From contig JAADGV010000108.1 in the NCBI GenBank assembly GCA_013152205.1, positions 7,127 to 71,126 of the forward strand: a stretch of DNA of 64,000 nt. Reading direction: 5' to 3'. Of this stretch, positions 29,316 to 39,900 are shown piece after piece. Under the pieces are notes generated by a model. The model worked only from the letters and a program-made list of their open reading frames with translations. It made no database searches and was not told the origin of the DNA. The stretch comes from Planctomycetota bacterium (GTDB taxonomy: Bacteria; Planctomycetota; Planctomycetia; Pirellulales; Lacipirellulaceae). A program made the position numbers and the translations under genes. Position 1 is the first letter of the stretch, and the number at the start of each line of letters is the position of its first letter.

Positions 29316-30026
29316 ATGAACCGAATTCACAACCAGGTGTTACCCATGATTAAGATTGCCGTATTTGCCGTAGTCGTTGCTCTAGCCCAACAAGCAACGG
29401 CCGAAAAATTCGAGTCGTTGTTCAACGGTCGCGACCTTACCGGCTGGGATGGCAATCCTGATCTCTGGTCGGTCGAAGATGGGGCAATCACAGGCAAAAC
29501 CACCGCCGAAGCTCCGCTCAAGTTCAATACTTTTTTGATTTGGAAGGGCGAGCCGCTCGAAGATTTTCAGCTTGAGTTGCAATACCGAATCGTTGACGGG
29601 AATAGTGGTATCCAATATCGCAGCCGAGTCATTGACGCCAGTAAATGGGTTGTCGGCGGCTATCAAGCAGATATCGAAGCTGGAAAGAAGTACACCGGCA
29701 TCCTTTACGAAGAGAAGGGTCGCGGAATCCTAACGCTTCGTGGCGAGCGTGTGGTTATCGCCGCAGACGGCAAAAAAACAAAAACATCGTTTGCCAAAAC
29801 CGAAGATTTGCAAAAGAAGATCGTCAGCGAAGATTGGAATGATTATCTAATCGAAGCGCGCGGCAACGTCCTAAAACACACCATCAACGGCCAGCTGATG
29901 AGTGAAACCGACGACGCCGAGACCGCCAAGCGTTCAGCAGCAGGCGTGTTAGCACTGCAAGTGCATCAAGGCCCGCCAATGATCGTACAATTCCGCGCCA
30001 TCCGCCTAAAACGCCTCAACGATTGA
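29316..30026 (+). CDS. DUF1080 (3-keto-disaccharide hydrolase family) secreted protein
   Basis: SLFNGRDLTGW, DFQLELQYR, NSGIQYRS, GYQADI, WNDYLI, LQVH, VQFRAIRLK. Confidence 0.92.
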   Translation: MNRIHNQVLPMIKIAVFAVVVALAQQATAEKFESLFNGRDLTGWDGNPDLWSVEDGAITGKTTAEAPLKFNTFLIWKGEPLEDFQLELQYRIVDGNSGIQYRSRVIDASKWVVGGYQADIEAGKKYTGILYEEKGRGILTLRGERVVIAADGKKTKTSFAKTEDLQKKIVSEDWNDYLIEARGNVLKHTINGQLMSETDDAETAKRSAAGVLALQVHQGPPMIVQFRAIRLKRLND

Positions 30027-30110
30027 ACGGGCAGCAGTCGTTAGCGGTGGCGGCCACGCCATCCCAAACGGAAAACGCCCCCTATCATTCCTCAAAGTGA
30101 AAAGAAAATA

Positions 30111-30224
30111 ACCACGGAGTCACGGAGAACACTGAGAAAACAGTCACTATGTCCAATTTGAAGTAGAGTATGATTCGAGATATTTTTGAATCAAAATGCT
30201 CAGTATCCTCTGTGACTCCGTGGT
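30111..30224. repeat. Tandem-unit IR element (ACCACGGAG type) between convergent genes
   Basis: 26-bp arms at 30111-30136 and 30199-30224 (23/26). Confidence 0.85.
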
Positions 30225-30242
30225 GAAATTTCTTTCTTGTTT

Positions 30243-31085
30243 TCAGTTTGAGTCAATAACTTTGAGACCAGCCTCAGCATCAGGCTCGGCCAGCAGCAAA
30301 TAACCACGACACCCCTCCGGCTTTTGGCAACTGCCACGCGCAATATAAAACCGATCGCCGCCAAGCCCCACGATGCCATAGCCACACTCAAAAGTGTACC
30401 GACCTTCCATTTCGAAGTCGTCGTTCGTGACAAGTAATTGCTCGCCATAACAAGCGAACCACCATTTCCCGTCGATAGAAGCAGCAGCACCTTGAATGCC
30501 TAGGTGCGTATGCCCACTCGCCAGAACGTGCTTTTTAATAAATTTGAAGTCGCGATCGTATTCGTAGAGATAATTTTCATCCACTTCATGTGGCAATCCC
30601 CCTATAACAATAAAACGCCCATCGCGCCAAGCCATGCCGCCTGCCCCGTGCTTCACCTGCGGGACGGCGTGCCGCGCAACTTCCTTTAGGTTTTCGACAT
30701 CGTAAACATAGATCCAGCCGTCCGCTTTGCCTGCCGCGTCGTTGAACCTGCCTAAGTTTACCGCAACATAAACTCGCCCCTCGGCATAACAAAGGTCGCC
30801 GTGATGGTAGACGGCAGGAACTTCCTTGAGTAGTTTTCCCTGAGCATCCGTCTTGACCATCCGCGTGGTGAAGCTCCAGTAAATATTTCCTTCATCATCA
30901 AGACAAACACCTTGCAGGTGGGCCGGGTAGAGACCTTCGCAATCGACTCGCAGCGGCAGAGCGTCAAGTTTTTCAACCGCAGCTTCTGCCGCAAGTAAGT
31001 CGCAAGCGGCAAGAGATATCGCGAGGCCTAACGGCAGGGCAACTAGACAAAGCAGAATTGGGTGGCGTGTCGAAATTGGCATCAT
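30243..31085 (-). CDS. Secreted hypothetical protein, probable beta-propeller
   Basis: Signal peptide; repeated beta-strand blocks; His-containing loops. Confidence 0.7.
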   Translation of the reverse strand: MMPISTRHPILLCLVALPLGLAISLAACDLLAAEAAVEKLDALPLRVDCEGLYPAHLQGVCLDDEGNIYWSFTTRMVKTDAQGKLLKEVPAVYHHGDLCYAEGRVYVAVNLGRFNDAAGKADGWIYVYDVENLKEVARHAVPQVKHGAGGMAWRDGRFIVIGGLPHEVDENYLYEYDRDFKFIKKHVLASGHTHLGIQGAAASIDGKWWFACYGEQLLVTNDDFEMEGRYTFECGYGIVGLGGDRFYIARGSCQKPEGCRGYLLLAEPDAEAGLKVIDSN

Positions 31086-31191
31086 AGAACTCGGGGGAGG
31101 AATGTTGTGACTACGGAAATCATAAGTATATCATGTCGTATGTAACCAAAGCACGGTAACTGTGGGAACCGTAAAGTAGCCGATCCCGTAA

Positions 31192-31250
31192 TAGCCGCAG
31201 GCGGAAGCCGCGGTTTTTTCAGGCTCGCCCGAGGCTTCCGCACACAGCTA
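31192..31250. repeat. REP-like doublet
   Basis: tagc...gcggaagcc and ggcttccgc...gcta in inverted orientation. Confidence 0.55.
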
Positions 31251-31369
31251 GTATGGCTTTGCCATCGTCCTGTCCTTCATACCCAAATAGCATGATATAC
31301 AGCGACCAATCGGATAGAATGGCACACACTCATCCCCATAGCAAGTTTCTTTCATAGGGATTTTCGCCG

Positions 31370-32869
31370 ATGGCCTCAAAACAATTCGATCGACGTTCGT
31401 TGCTCAAAAGGGCAGTCGCAGGTTCGGTAACCCTTTCTTCGGCCAGTGCCATGCAGGCGGCGGCTACACAAACCGGTGTGATCGCCGACGAAAACAAACA
31501 GCCCGGCACACTCGATTGGCTACTAACAAACACCAAGATCGATCCCGAGTCGAAGTTCCGTAGCCCTTCGATCGAAGGTTATTGCTCGCACACAAGTCTT
31601 CGAGCAGGTGAGAAAATCCAGTTCTTCGTCAGCACCAATCCCGCTTCGTCGTTCACGCTCGACATCTATCGAATGGGATACTACGGCGGCAAGGGCGCCC
31701 GGCTGATGAAGCAGTTGGGCTCTATCGAATCGAAGACCATGTCCGATCCCGAGGTCGGCCCCAAGCGATTGCGAAATTGCCAATGGCCGGTTAGCGCCGA
31801 GCTAATCATTCCAAAAGATTGGGTAAGCGGCGTTTATCTAGGAAAACTGTCGACCGTCGGAGAAGACTTGCAGAGCTACGTCATCTTTATTGTGCGAGAC
31901 GACCGCCCTGCCGACATCCTGTTCCAGTGCAGCGACCATACTTGGCAAGCCTACAACCGTTGGCCATCCAATTTCGCCCTGTACGACGATGGCGTGAACA
32001 GTTGGTATTGGGGAGGCAACGTACAAGTCAGCTTCAATCGCCCCTACGGCAAGTACTGCCAGATCCTCGACCAGCCTCTCTCGATCGGCACGGGCGATTT
32101 CATGTTATGGGAATTCCCCTTTGTCTATTGGCTCGAGTCGTTGGGATACGACGCAACCTATCTCTCGAACGAAGATACCCATCACGATCCCGAAGGGCTG
32201 AAACGTGGCAAGGGGTTCTTGAGTGTTGGGCATGATGAATACTGGACCATCGAAATGTTCAGGAATGTCCAGCAAGCGATTGCCGCAGGCGTGAACGTCG
32301 GTTTCTTCTCTGGCAATGCCGTTTTTGGAAAGGTGAAGTACGACCCCTCGGTGCGTAGCTTCGAGCGAGTAGGGCTTTTCGGCCCAGAAAGTGGGACCCG
32401 AGGATTTGCTGATATCTATACCCTGCCAACCGGTCGTCCCTACGGAAACGAATTGATGGGGGCACACAGTACAGGACCGGTGACGGGTGGCGCAGACTGG
32501 ATCTGCACCGCACCCGACCACTGGATTTACAACAATACCGGCATGAAACAAGGCGACACCGTCCCTGGAACAATCGGCTGGGAATGGCACGGCGATCCAG
32601 CCGACATCGAAGGGTTGGAAGTGGTCGCCACCGGCCTGACTCGTACTAGCCCCGGCAAACCAAACGGCGGACAGTATACCGCGACAGTCTACCCTGGGCC
32701 AAAGGGGAACTTTGTGTTTAACGCGGCAACGTGTTGGTGGGCCGACGGTTTAAGCGAGCCGCCAGGTTACGTTCGGCCCTATGTCTACGTAAAACCAGAA
32801 GGCCCAGATGCTCGCATTCAGCAAATCACCCGAAATATCTTAGACCGCATGGTCCGTGGTAACGCCTGA
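31370..32869 (+). CDS. Tat-exported N,N-dimethylformamidase beta-subunit-like protein (DUF6605-type)
   Basis: Tat motif FDRRSLLK; IEGYCS..S, IYRMGYYGG, TWQAYN, VSFNRPY, SVGHDEYW, GWEW. Confidence 0.85.
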   Translation: MASKQFDRRSLLKRAVAGSVTLSSASAMQAAATQTGVIADENKQPGTLDWLLTNTKIDPESKFRSPSIEGYCSHTSLRAGEKIQFFVSTNPASSFTLDIYRMGYYGGKGARLMKQLGSIESKTMSDPEVGPKRLRNCQWPVSAELIIPKDWVSGVYLGKLSTVGEDLQSYVIFIVRDDRPADILFQCSDHTWQAYNRWPSNFALYDDGVNSWYWGGNVQVSFNRPYGKYCQILDQPLSIGTGDFMLWEFPFVYWLESLGYDATYLSNEDTHHDPEGLKRGKGFLSVGHDEYWTIEMFRNVQQAIAAGVNVGFFSGNAVFGKVKYDPSVRSFERVGLFGPESGTRGFADIYTLPTGRPYGNELMGAHSTGPVTGGADWICTAPDHWIYNNTGMKQGDTVPGTIGWEWHGDPADIEGLEVVATGLTRTSPGKPNGGQYTATVYPGPKGNFVFNAATCWWADGLSEPPGYVRPYVYVKPEGPDARIQQITRNILDRMVRGNA

Positions 32870-33032
32870 CCTTGCCCACCGATGTTCAAGCCGCAGGAAA
32901 AATTTCGATGCGGTAAATCGCAATGCCATCGATTGTTGGGCGGTCGCACAATGCAATCGGGTAGCTGGTTTGTTACAATGACACGTCCTGCCTCAGAGCT
33001 GCCCGCCCTACGGATTTCGGAGTCCATGCCCG

Positions 33033-36000
33033 ATGAGAATTGCTTTATTATTGCTTAGTTGTGTTCTTGCCTCACTTCTTTCTCAAGAGGTGCTTGCCGA
33101 GGAGTCGATGCAGTTCGGCTTTGCCCGAATTGATGTCACTCCGACCGAGCCGGTGCGCCTCTCTGGCTATGGCAATCGCGACAAGCCGTTAGAAGGCGTC
33201 GACGAACGATTGCATGCACGAGTCATGGCGCTACGTCATGGCGAAGGGAAAATTCACCTTTTAGTGACCGTCGATACGATTGGCATCCCAGCCACGTTAT
33301 CCAGAGGATTCATCGCAAAGTGGAAGAAAAATATCAGGTCGCCCAAGCGCAATTCGCCTTGTGTGCAACTCATTCGCACACGACACCGCATCTCGATCTG
33401 ATCAATATGATCAATCTCTACGCGACTCCAATGACCAAAGAAGAGCAGGCCGCCACAAAACGATACGGCGAATGGTTGACGGCTCGTATCGTCGAGGCGT
33501 CGGGCAAGGCAATCGAGGATCTCCGCCCTGGCAAGATGTTTACTGCCGAGGGGAAAGCAACTTTTGCTGTGAACCGTCGTGTCATCAAAGATGGAATTGT
33601 GGGAATGAGGCCCAATCCCGATGGGCCGGTCGACCACTCCGTTCCTATTCTCAAGATCACCGACGAATCGGGACAGACGGTGCGTGGCTTGGTATTCAAC
33701 TATGCCTGTCATTGCACAACTTTCAATGGCAATCATAACCGAGTGAATGGCGATTGGGCCGGTTACGCAACAAAATCCTTAGAAGAAACGCATCCCGATG
33801 CCGTTGCACTTTGCACCATCGGTTGCGGTGCGGATGCCAATCCAAAACGCAACTCAGGAAACGATTTGGAGGTCGCCCAGGCTCAGGGCAAAGAGCTGGC
33901 TGATGAGGTCGATCGCCTGCAATCACAACCGATGAAGGAAATCTCGGCAAAAATTCAAAGTACCTTCGGCTATGCCGGCTTGCCGATCCAGCGACCGACG
34001 GCCGACCAACTAAAGGAAAAACTCAAAAACCGTGTACCGCAAGTACGCCGTCACGCTGAGCGGATGCTTGCAACCTTAGCCGAACGAGGAAGGCTGCCCG
34101 ACTCGTATCCGATGCCGATTCAGGTTTGGCGGTTTGGCGATCAGTTGACCATGGTTTTCCTTGGTGGCGAGGTTTGCGTTGAGTATGCTTTGCGTACCAA
34201 ACGAGAGATCACCAAAGGGGCCGTTTGGGTTACCGCTTACGCGAATGACGTCTTCGGCTACGTCGCTCCAGAATCGATGCAGACCGAGGGCGGATACGAA
34301 GTCGACTTTTCGATGATTTTTTATAATCAGCCTGGGCGATGGGCGAACGGTACCGAAGAGATTATCTTTCGCGAGCTGCACCAATTGTACGATGGTAACG
34401 TCTCAGCCAGTCCTCTTTCTCCCGAGGAGGCAATCGGTTCGTTTACCGTACCCGAGGGGTTCTCGGTCGAAGTGGTTGCGGCTGAACCGCTTGTGGTCGA
34501 CCCGATCAACTTTGCCATCGGAGCGGACGGTCGGCTTTGGGTTGTCGAAATGTCCGATTACCCTCGCGGTGCAAACGACGACGGCAAACCCGGTGGCTGC
34601 GTGAAAGTGCTTACCGATGTCGATGGCGATGGGCGATACGACAAAGCCGAGGTGTTTCTCGACGGGCTGACTTACCCAACAGGGGTCTTGCCCTGGCGGG
34701 ATGGGGCCTTGGTTAGCTGTGTGCCCGATATTTTTCTGGCCCGCGACACCAACGGCGATGGCCAAGCCGACCAGCGAGAGGTGCTCGTCACCGGCTTTTC
34801 AGAAGCGAATCCGCAGCACCAGATGAGCGGTTTTACGCGCGGTTTGGATAATTGGATTTATGTGACCTGCGGAGACGATCACGGAACCATTCGCAGCGTA
34901 CGCACCGGCAAGGAAATAAAAATCGGTGGCCGCGACATCCGCTTAAACCCCGACACGGGTGAACTAGAAGCCGTGAGCGGGCGAAGCCAGTACGGTCGAT
35001 GCCGCGACGATTGGAACCGTTGGTTCGGCAACACCAACGGCGAACCTTTGCTGCACTACGTGATTGAAGATCACTATCTAGCCCGCAATTCCTTTGTACC
35101 TGCGCCGTCGCCACGAGTTGCGATGACCGATCCCCCGGTGGCTCCGCCCGTCTACCCAACTAGTCGCACAATCAACCGTTTCAACGATCTATTCGATGCC
35201 AATCGATTCACCTCGGCTTGTGGCCCTTTGATTTTCCGCGATACGTCGCTCGGCCACGACACGCAAGGAGTAGCGTTTATATGCGAACCGGTTCACAATC
35301 TGGTGAGTCGCTTAATGCTAAGCCCGAATGGAGTGACGTTCACTGGGAGCCGTCATCCTGACGAGCAAGATTCCGAGTTCTTTAGCTCCAGCGACACATG
35401 GTGTCGTCCGGTGCGACTGGCGACTGGGCCTGACGGGGCGCTTTGGATTGCCGACATGTACCGTCAGGTGATCGAGCATCCGGAGTGGATTTCTGAGGGG
35501 TGGCAAGCGAAACTCGATCTTTATGCTGGCAACAAGCGAGGGCGTATCTATCGTGTCTTTCGCACCGACAAGCGGCCGACAATGCCCTCCGACATGACGA
35601 AGCTTTCGTCCGCAGAGTTGGTAAAAGAACTCGGAGCAGACAACGGCTGGCGTCGAGATATTGCTCAAGAATTGTTAGTACAGCGTAATGATCCGGCCTC
35701 GATCTCGCTGCTAAACTCATCCGTCTCTGACGACCCCCGCCCACTCGCCCGCCTACATGCCCTGGCAGTGCTGGATGGCTTGTCGCAGATTACTTCTGGA
35801 GTGCTTGAAACGGCAATCAACGATGCCAGCCCACACGTTGTGGCGCGCGCAATACTTCTTACTGAGCCTCTCCTCGCTTCGCATCCAGAGCTTGAAGCGA
35901 AGATTCTCCAGCTAGAAGACCATTCCGACCCGAACGTCAGGTTGCAGTTAGCCCTCACCCTCGGAGAGCTAAAAAATCCTCTGGCCGGTCAGGCTCTATT

Positions 36001-37243
36001 ACGTTTGGCTGTGGAAAACCTTGACGACTTTTGGTTGCGTGCCGCGGTCCTAAGCTCCGCCGGCGACTTTGCCGACGAAATGCTGACGACCTTGTTTCAA
36101 GATACCGAAACGATCGAAGCCCGTGGGCAACTGTTGCAAGATTTGATTGCGACGTCTTTGGGACAAGACATAACTGGCGGAGCGGCGACCATCGTTCAGT
36201 CGATTGCTGCAAGCAACGCGGCTGACCAAATCCAAGATTGGCAATTTACCGCCTTAGCAAGTTGTATTTCCGCCTTGGCGAAACGAAACATAACGTGGAG
36301 TACTAGCGCTGACAAGAATTCTAAGCTCGCGGAAGCGGCCCAATCGCTGTTTAATGCTGCCAGGCAAGCAGCCAACGATGAATCAAGCTCACTCAAACGC
36401 CGACAGGCTTCGATCTCGCTGCTTGGCAACGAGCCAGAAAAACTCGAAGACGACCTTGCGCTACTCGAATCATTGCTGACCCCTCGGGAGCCTCCCGAGC
36501 TACAGCGCTTGGCGGTTCACGTCTTGGCTAGAATCCGTCCCCCGAATCTGGCCGACCGCTTGCTTGCGGATTGGTCTGGTCGCGGCCCGCTCTTGCAGTC
36601 AGAAATCGTCGCCGTTTTGCTAACTCGCGGCGAATGGGTGAACTCGTTAATACAGGCGCTCTCAAAGGGCACGATTCAGCCACATGATCTCAACACCTCT
36701 TCCCGCTGGCGGTTGTTGGGATCTCCCGATCCGCGTGTCCGCGAGACGGCGCTTGAAATCTTCGGCGAAAACAGTTCCGCAGCTCGCGAAGAAATAATCA
36801 ACGATTACAAGGTTGCCGAGTTGCTAGTCGGCGACACAGAAAGCGGTGCAAAATTTTTCAAAAAAATCTGTGCCACATGCCATAGTCACGCGGAGATAGG
36901 CCAAGATGTTGGACCCAAGTTGGCGGCTCTCCAGGATAAATCAGCGGCGTTCCTGACCACGGCCATTCTCGATCCGAACCGTGCCGTCGACGGTAAATTC
37001 TACAGCTATACAGTGGTTACCCAGGACGGAGTGATGCTTGCCGGGATGATTGTCTCGGAAACGGCAAATAGCATCGAGTTGGTCGACCCTCAAGGTAAGA
37101 AACACACAATCCTTCGGATCGACATCGAAGAACTGGCAAGCTCTGGCATCTCTTTCATGCCCGAGGGGCTAGAAAAAGAGTTGTCGCCACAAGACCTTGC
37201 AGATGTCATGGCATTTTTAAGACACGAACCAACGCCAAAGTAG
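33033..37243 (+). pseudogene. Neutral ceramidase-like domain fused to PVC-type heme-binding CxxCH protein, split by a 1-bp frameshift near 33303-33308
   Basis: ORF1 (signal peptide, LSGYGNR, RVMAL) and ORF2 (ATHSHTTP, NYACH, IADMYR..IEHP, HEAT-like repeats, CATCH, SFMPEGLE) form one reading if one base is added. May be a sequencing error. Confidence 0.8.
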
Positions 37244-37258
37244 CTGAAGTCCTTCGCT

Positions 37259-37278
37259 CTCAGTGTTCTCCGTGGTGA
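37259..37278. repeat. Orphan right arm of ACCACGGAG-type element
   Basis: ctcagtgttctccgtggtga. Confidence 0.6.
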
Positions 37279-37329
37279 ATCCCTCCCCCAGCGCAATAAT
37301 TGCCTCTCAAATATGAAAGCGACAACTAG

Positions 37330-39522
37330 ATGAGGAACGATACGGTTATGCAGATACGAAATCTTTTTTTACCCGGCACCACTTGGCTAGTCTGGTTGTT
37401 ACTACTCGCTCCCACAAACACACAGGCCGAGGTGCCTCATGTGGAAATCGGCCAGTTTCCGCAAGAGGTAGCAACCAGCTTTACCTCTACAGACGGTTTG
37501 CCCTCGGACGAGGTGGTTTCAATTCAGCTCGACTCGAAGGGAGACGTTTGGGCCGAAACCAAGAAAGGTTGGGCCGTTTTTCAGGATAAGAAGTGGACTC
37601 CAGCAAATTCCCCACCAACACGGCGGGAGCAAGGCTCGTCTTCGAGGTTGGCCGGAATCAAGGGCAAAGTAAACCAAGTCGCCAGATCGCCGAAAGGAGA
37701 AGTCGTCGTCGCGACCGATCAAGGTTTGCTTATCCAAAAACGTGGCCGTTTTGTTCCCCTTGTTGTCGACGACAATCTTGGCCGACGTTGGGGAACGTCC
37801 GACGTACGCGGCGCCGCCTACGACTCGCACGGCCAACTCTGGTTTGCCACGTTGGCCGGGGCCGCCTGTCAAACTTCGGAGGGATGGAAATTCTACACCG
37901 GTAGCGAAGGCCTGCCTTACAACGATTTTACCGTAATCGAACCCGGCCCTGAGGGCGTGGTGTGGTTTGGAACTCATTTGGGCGCGGTGAGATTCGATGG
38001 CAAAGAATGGGCCTATCGACAGGGGCAGAGATGGCTTCCCTCAGACGATATTCGCGATATTGCGGTCGACCAAGCTGGCAATGCTTGGTTTGCCACCGCG
38101 GGGGGAGTCGGCTTGATCAAACGTCGAATGATGACTCTTGCCGAAAAAGCGGAATTCTACGAAGACGAGATGCAACGCTATATCCGACGGACCCCGTATG
38201 GATATGTTTCCGAAGTCGGCTTAGCCGTAGCGGGCGACAAGACGTCGAAAATCCTCAAGCACGCTAGCGACAATGATGGCCTGTGGACCAGCATGTATGG
38301 TGTAGGCGAATGCTTTGCCTATGCAGCGACGGGCAGCGAGAAAGCCAAAGATCGGGCCAAGCAAGTTTTCGAGGCACTGCGGTTTCTTCAAAAAGTTACC
38401 CAAGGCGGCAAGCATAGCCCGCCAAAGGGATATGTGGCTCGTACGATCCGCTCAATCGATTTGCCAGACCCCAACATCGGGCGACTAGAGCGAGACCAAG
38501 AAGCCCGTTTCCGGGAGGATCGGTTGTGGAAAGTGTACGAACCCCGTTGGCCCAAAAGTGCCGATGGCAAGTGGTATTGGAAGAGCGATACCAGTTCAGA
38601 CGAACTCGATGGCCACTACTTTTTCTATCCCGCGTATTACGATTTGGTTGCTGACACCGACGAAGAAAAAGAGCGTGTCCGCGAAGTTGTACGAGATCTG
38701 ACCGACCATCTGATTGAGCATGGCTATAATTTGGTAGATCACGATGGCACTCCGACTCGTTGGGGTTACTATGGCCCTCATTCGCTAAATCACGATCAGT
38801 CTTGGTGGCTAGAACGTGGATTGAAATCGTTGAGCATGCTCTCCTATCTCACGGTAGCAGAACACATAACGGGCGATCCAAAATACGCCGAGCGAATTAA
38901 CGAACTTATTAACGACCACGCATATCTCACCAATGCGATGATCTACAAAATCCACCGCGGTATTGGTTCGGGAAACCAATCGGACGATGAAATGGCCTTC
39001 ATGTCGTTTTACAACTTGATGAAGTACACCAAGAACGAGGATTTACGCAACCGCTTGATGCTGTCGTTTTTCAGTGCTTGGGTTATCGAACAGCCGGAGA
39101 TGAATCCCTTCTTCAACTTTGCCTATGCCGCATTTGGGGAAGGTACAAAATACAGCGACCAATGGGGGACTCACGATCTGTCTCCCTGGGACGGCTGGTT
39201 AGAAGATTCAATGGCCACCCTGAAAGGTTTTCCATTGGATCGACTGAACTGGGCATGCAAAAACAGCCACCGTCTAGATCTCGTGCGATTGCCCCGACAA
39301 CAGAGCGTCGAAGATCTTGTCGACAAGCTAGAAGGGGATGGCGTTGGGCATCGTGTTAACGGAAAAGTCATTCCCGTAGAGAACCGGCATTTTACTCATT
39401 GGAACACCAACCCCTGGCGATTCGATTACGGTGGCAATGGCAACCAGTTAGCCAACGGCACCGTCTATCTGCTGCCCTACTACATGGGCCTCTACCATGG
39501 ATTTATCCAAGAAACCCCATAG
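37330..39522 (+). CDS. Secreted protein with two-component-regulator-propeller repeats and a helical C-terminal domain
   Basis: GLPSDEV, GLPYND and WLPSDDIRDI repeats; C-terminal SSDELDGH; function unknown. Confidence 0.7.
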   Translation: MRNDTVMQIRNLFLPGTTWLVWLLLLAPTNTQAEVPHVEIGQFPQEVATSFTSTDGLPSDEVVSIQLDSKGDVWAETKKGWAVFQDKKWTPANSPPTRREQGSSSRLAGIKGKVNQVARSPKGEVVVATDQGLLIQKRGRFVPLVVDDNLGRRWGTSDVRGAAYDSHGQLWFATLAGAACQTSEGWKFYTGSEGLPYNDFTVIEPGPEGVVWFGTHLGAVRFDGKEWAYRQGQRWLPSDDIRDIAVDQAGNAWFATAGGVGLIKRRMMTLAEKAEFYEDEMQRYIRRTPYGYVSEVGLAVAGDKTSKILKHASDNDGLWTSMYGVGECFAYAATGSEKAKDRAKQVFEALRFLQKVTQGGKHSPPKGYVARTIRSIDLPDPNIGRLERDQEARFREDRLWKVYEPRWPKSADGKWYWKSDTSSDELDGHYFFYPAYYDLVADTDEEKERVREVVRDLTDHLIEHGYNLVDHDGTPTRWGYYGPHSLNHDQSWWLERGLKSLSMLSYLTVAEHITGDPKYAERINELINDHAYLTNAMIYKIHRGIGSGNQSDDEMAFMSFYNLMKYTKNEDLRNRLMLSFFSAWVIEQPEMNPFFNFAYAAFGEGTKYSDQWGTHDLSPWDGWLEDSMATLKGFPLDRLNWACKNSHRLDLVRLPRQQSVEDLVDKLEGDGVGHRVNGKVIPVENRHFTHWNTNPWRFDYGGNGNQLANGTVYLLPYYMGLYHGFIQETP

Positions 39523-39604
39523 AGAACTTGGGCGCTGAGCAGGCTAGAGACCAATGAAAAATCAGAATATACCGCCTTGCAGTAGCTTTCATATTTTAAG
39601 ATTT

Positions 39605-39818
39605 ACCACGGAGGCACAGAGGGCACGGGGTAAACTGAGAGAAAAAATAGCCGCGGATGAAACAAAGATTAAACACGGATATAGGTGACTACTCCTGAGA
39701 GAACTTTACATCCAATAATAAGTTTGGTTATTTTCCTAGCCGAATATCAGTGTTTCATCCGTGTTCAATCAGTGGCTAAAAAATTACGCTTTCCCCGTGT
39801 CCTCTGTGCCTCCGTGGT
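39605..39818. repeat. Nested composite IR element
   Basis: Outer arms 39605-39630 and 39793-39818 (25/26); inner arms 39648-39680 and 39746-39778 built from ~11-nt aaacacggatg units. Confidence 0.9.
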
Positions 39819-39900
39819 TCCTATCATCCGGCGAATACGAAAGTTATTTTTGAGCAACTCCTACATTTATTATTCGCTGCAAAGCGAGAGAATGCTTCCT

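Noticed and set aside
33320-33335. Programmed -1 frameshift at GAAGAAAAAT
   Set aside because: It is not a canonical slippery heptamer, and the better reading switches frame earlier (about 33305).
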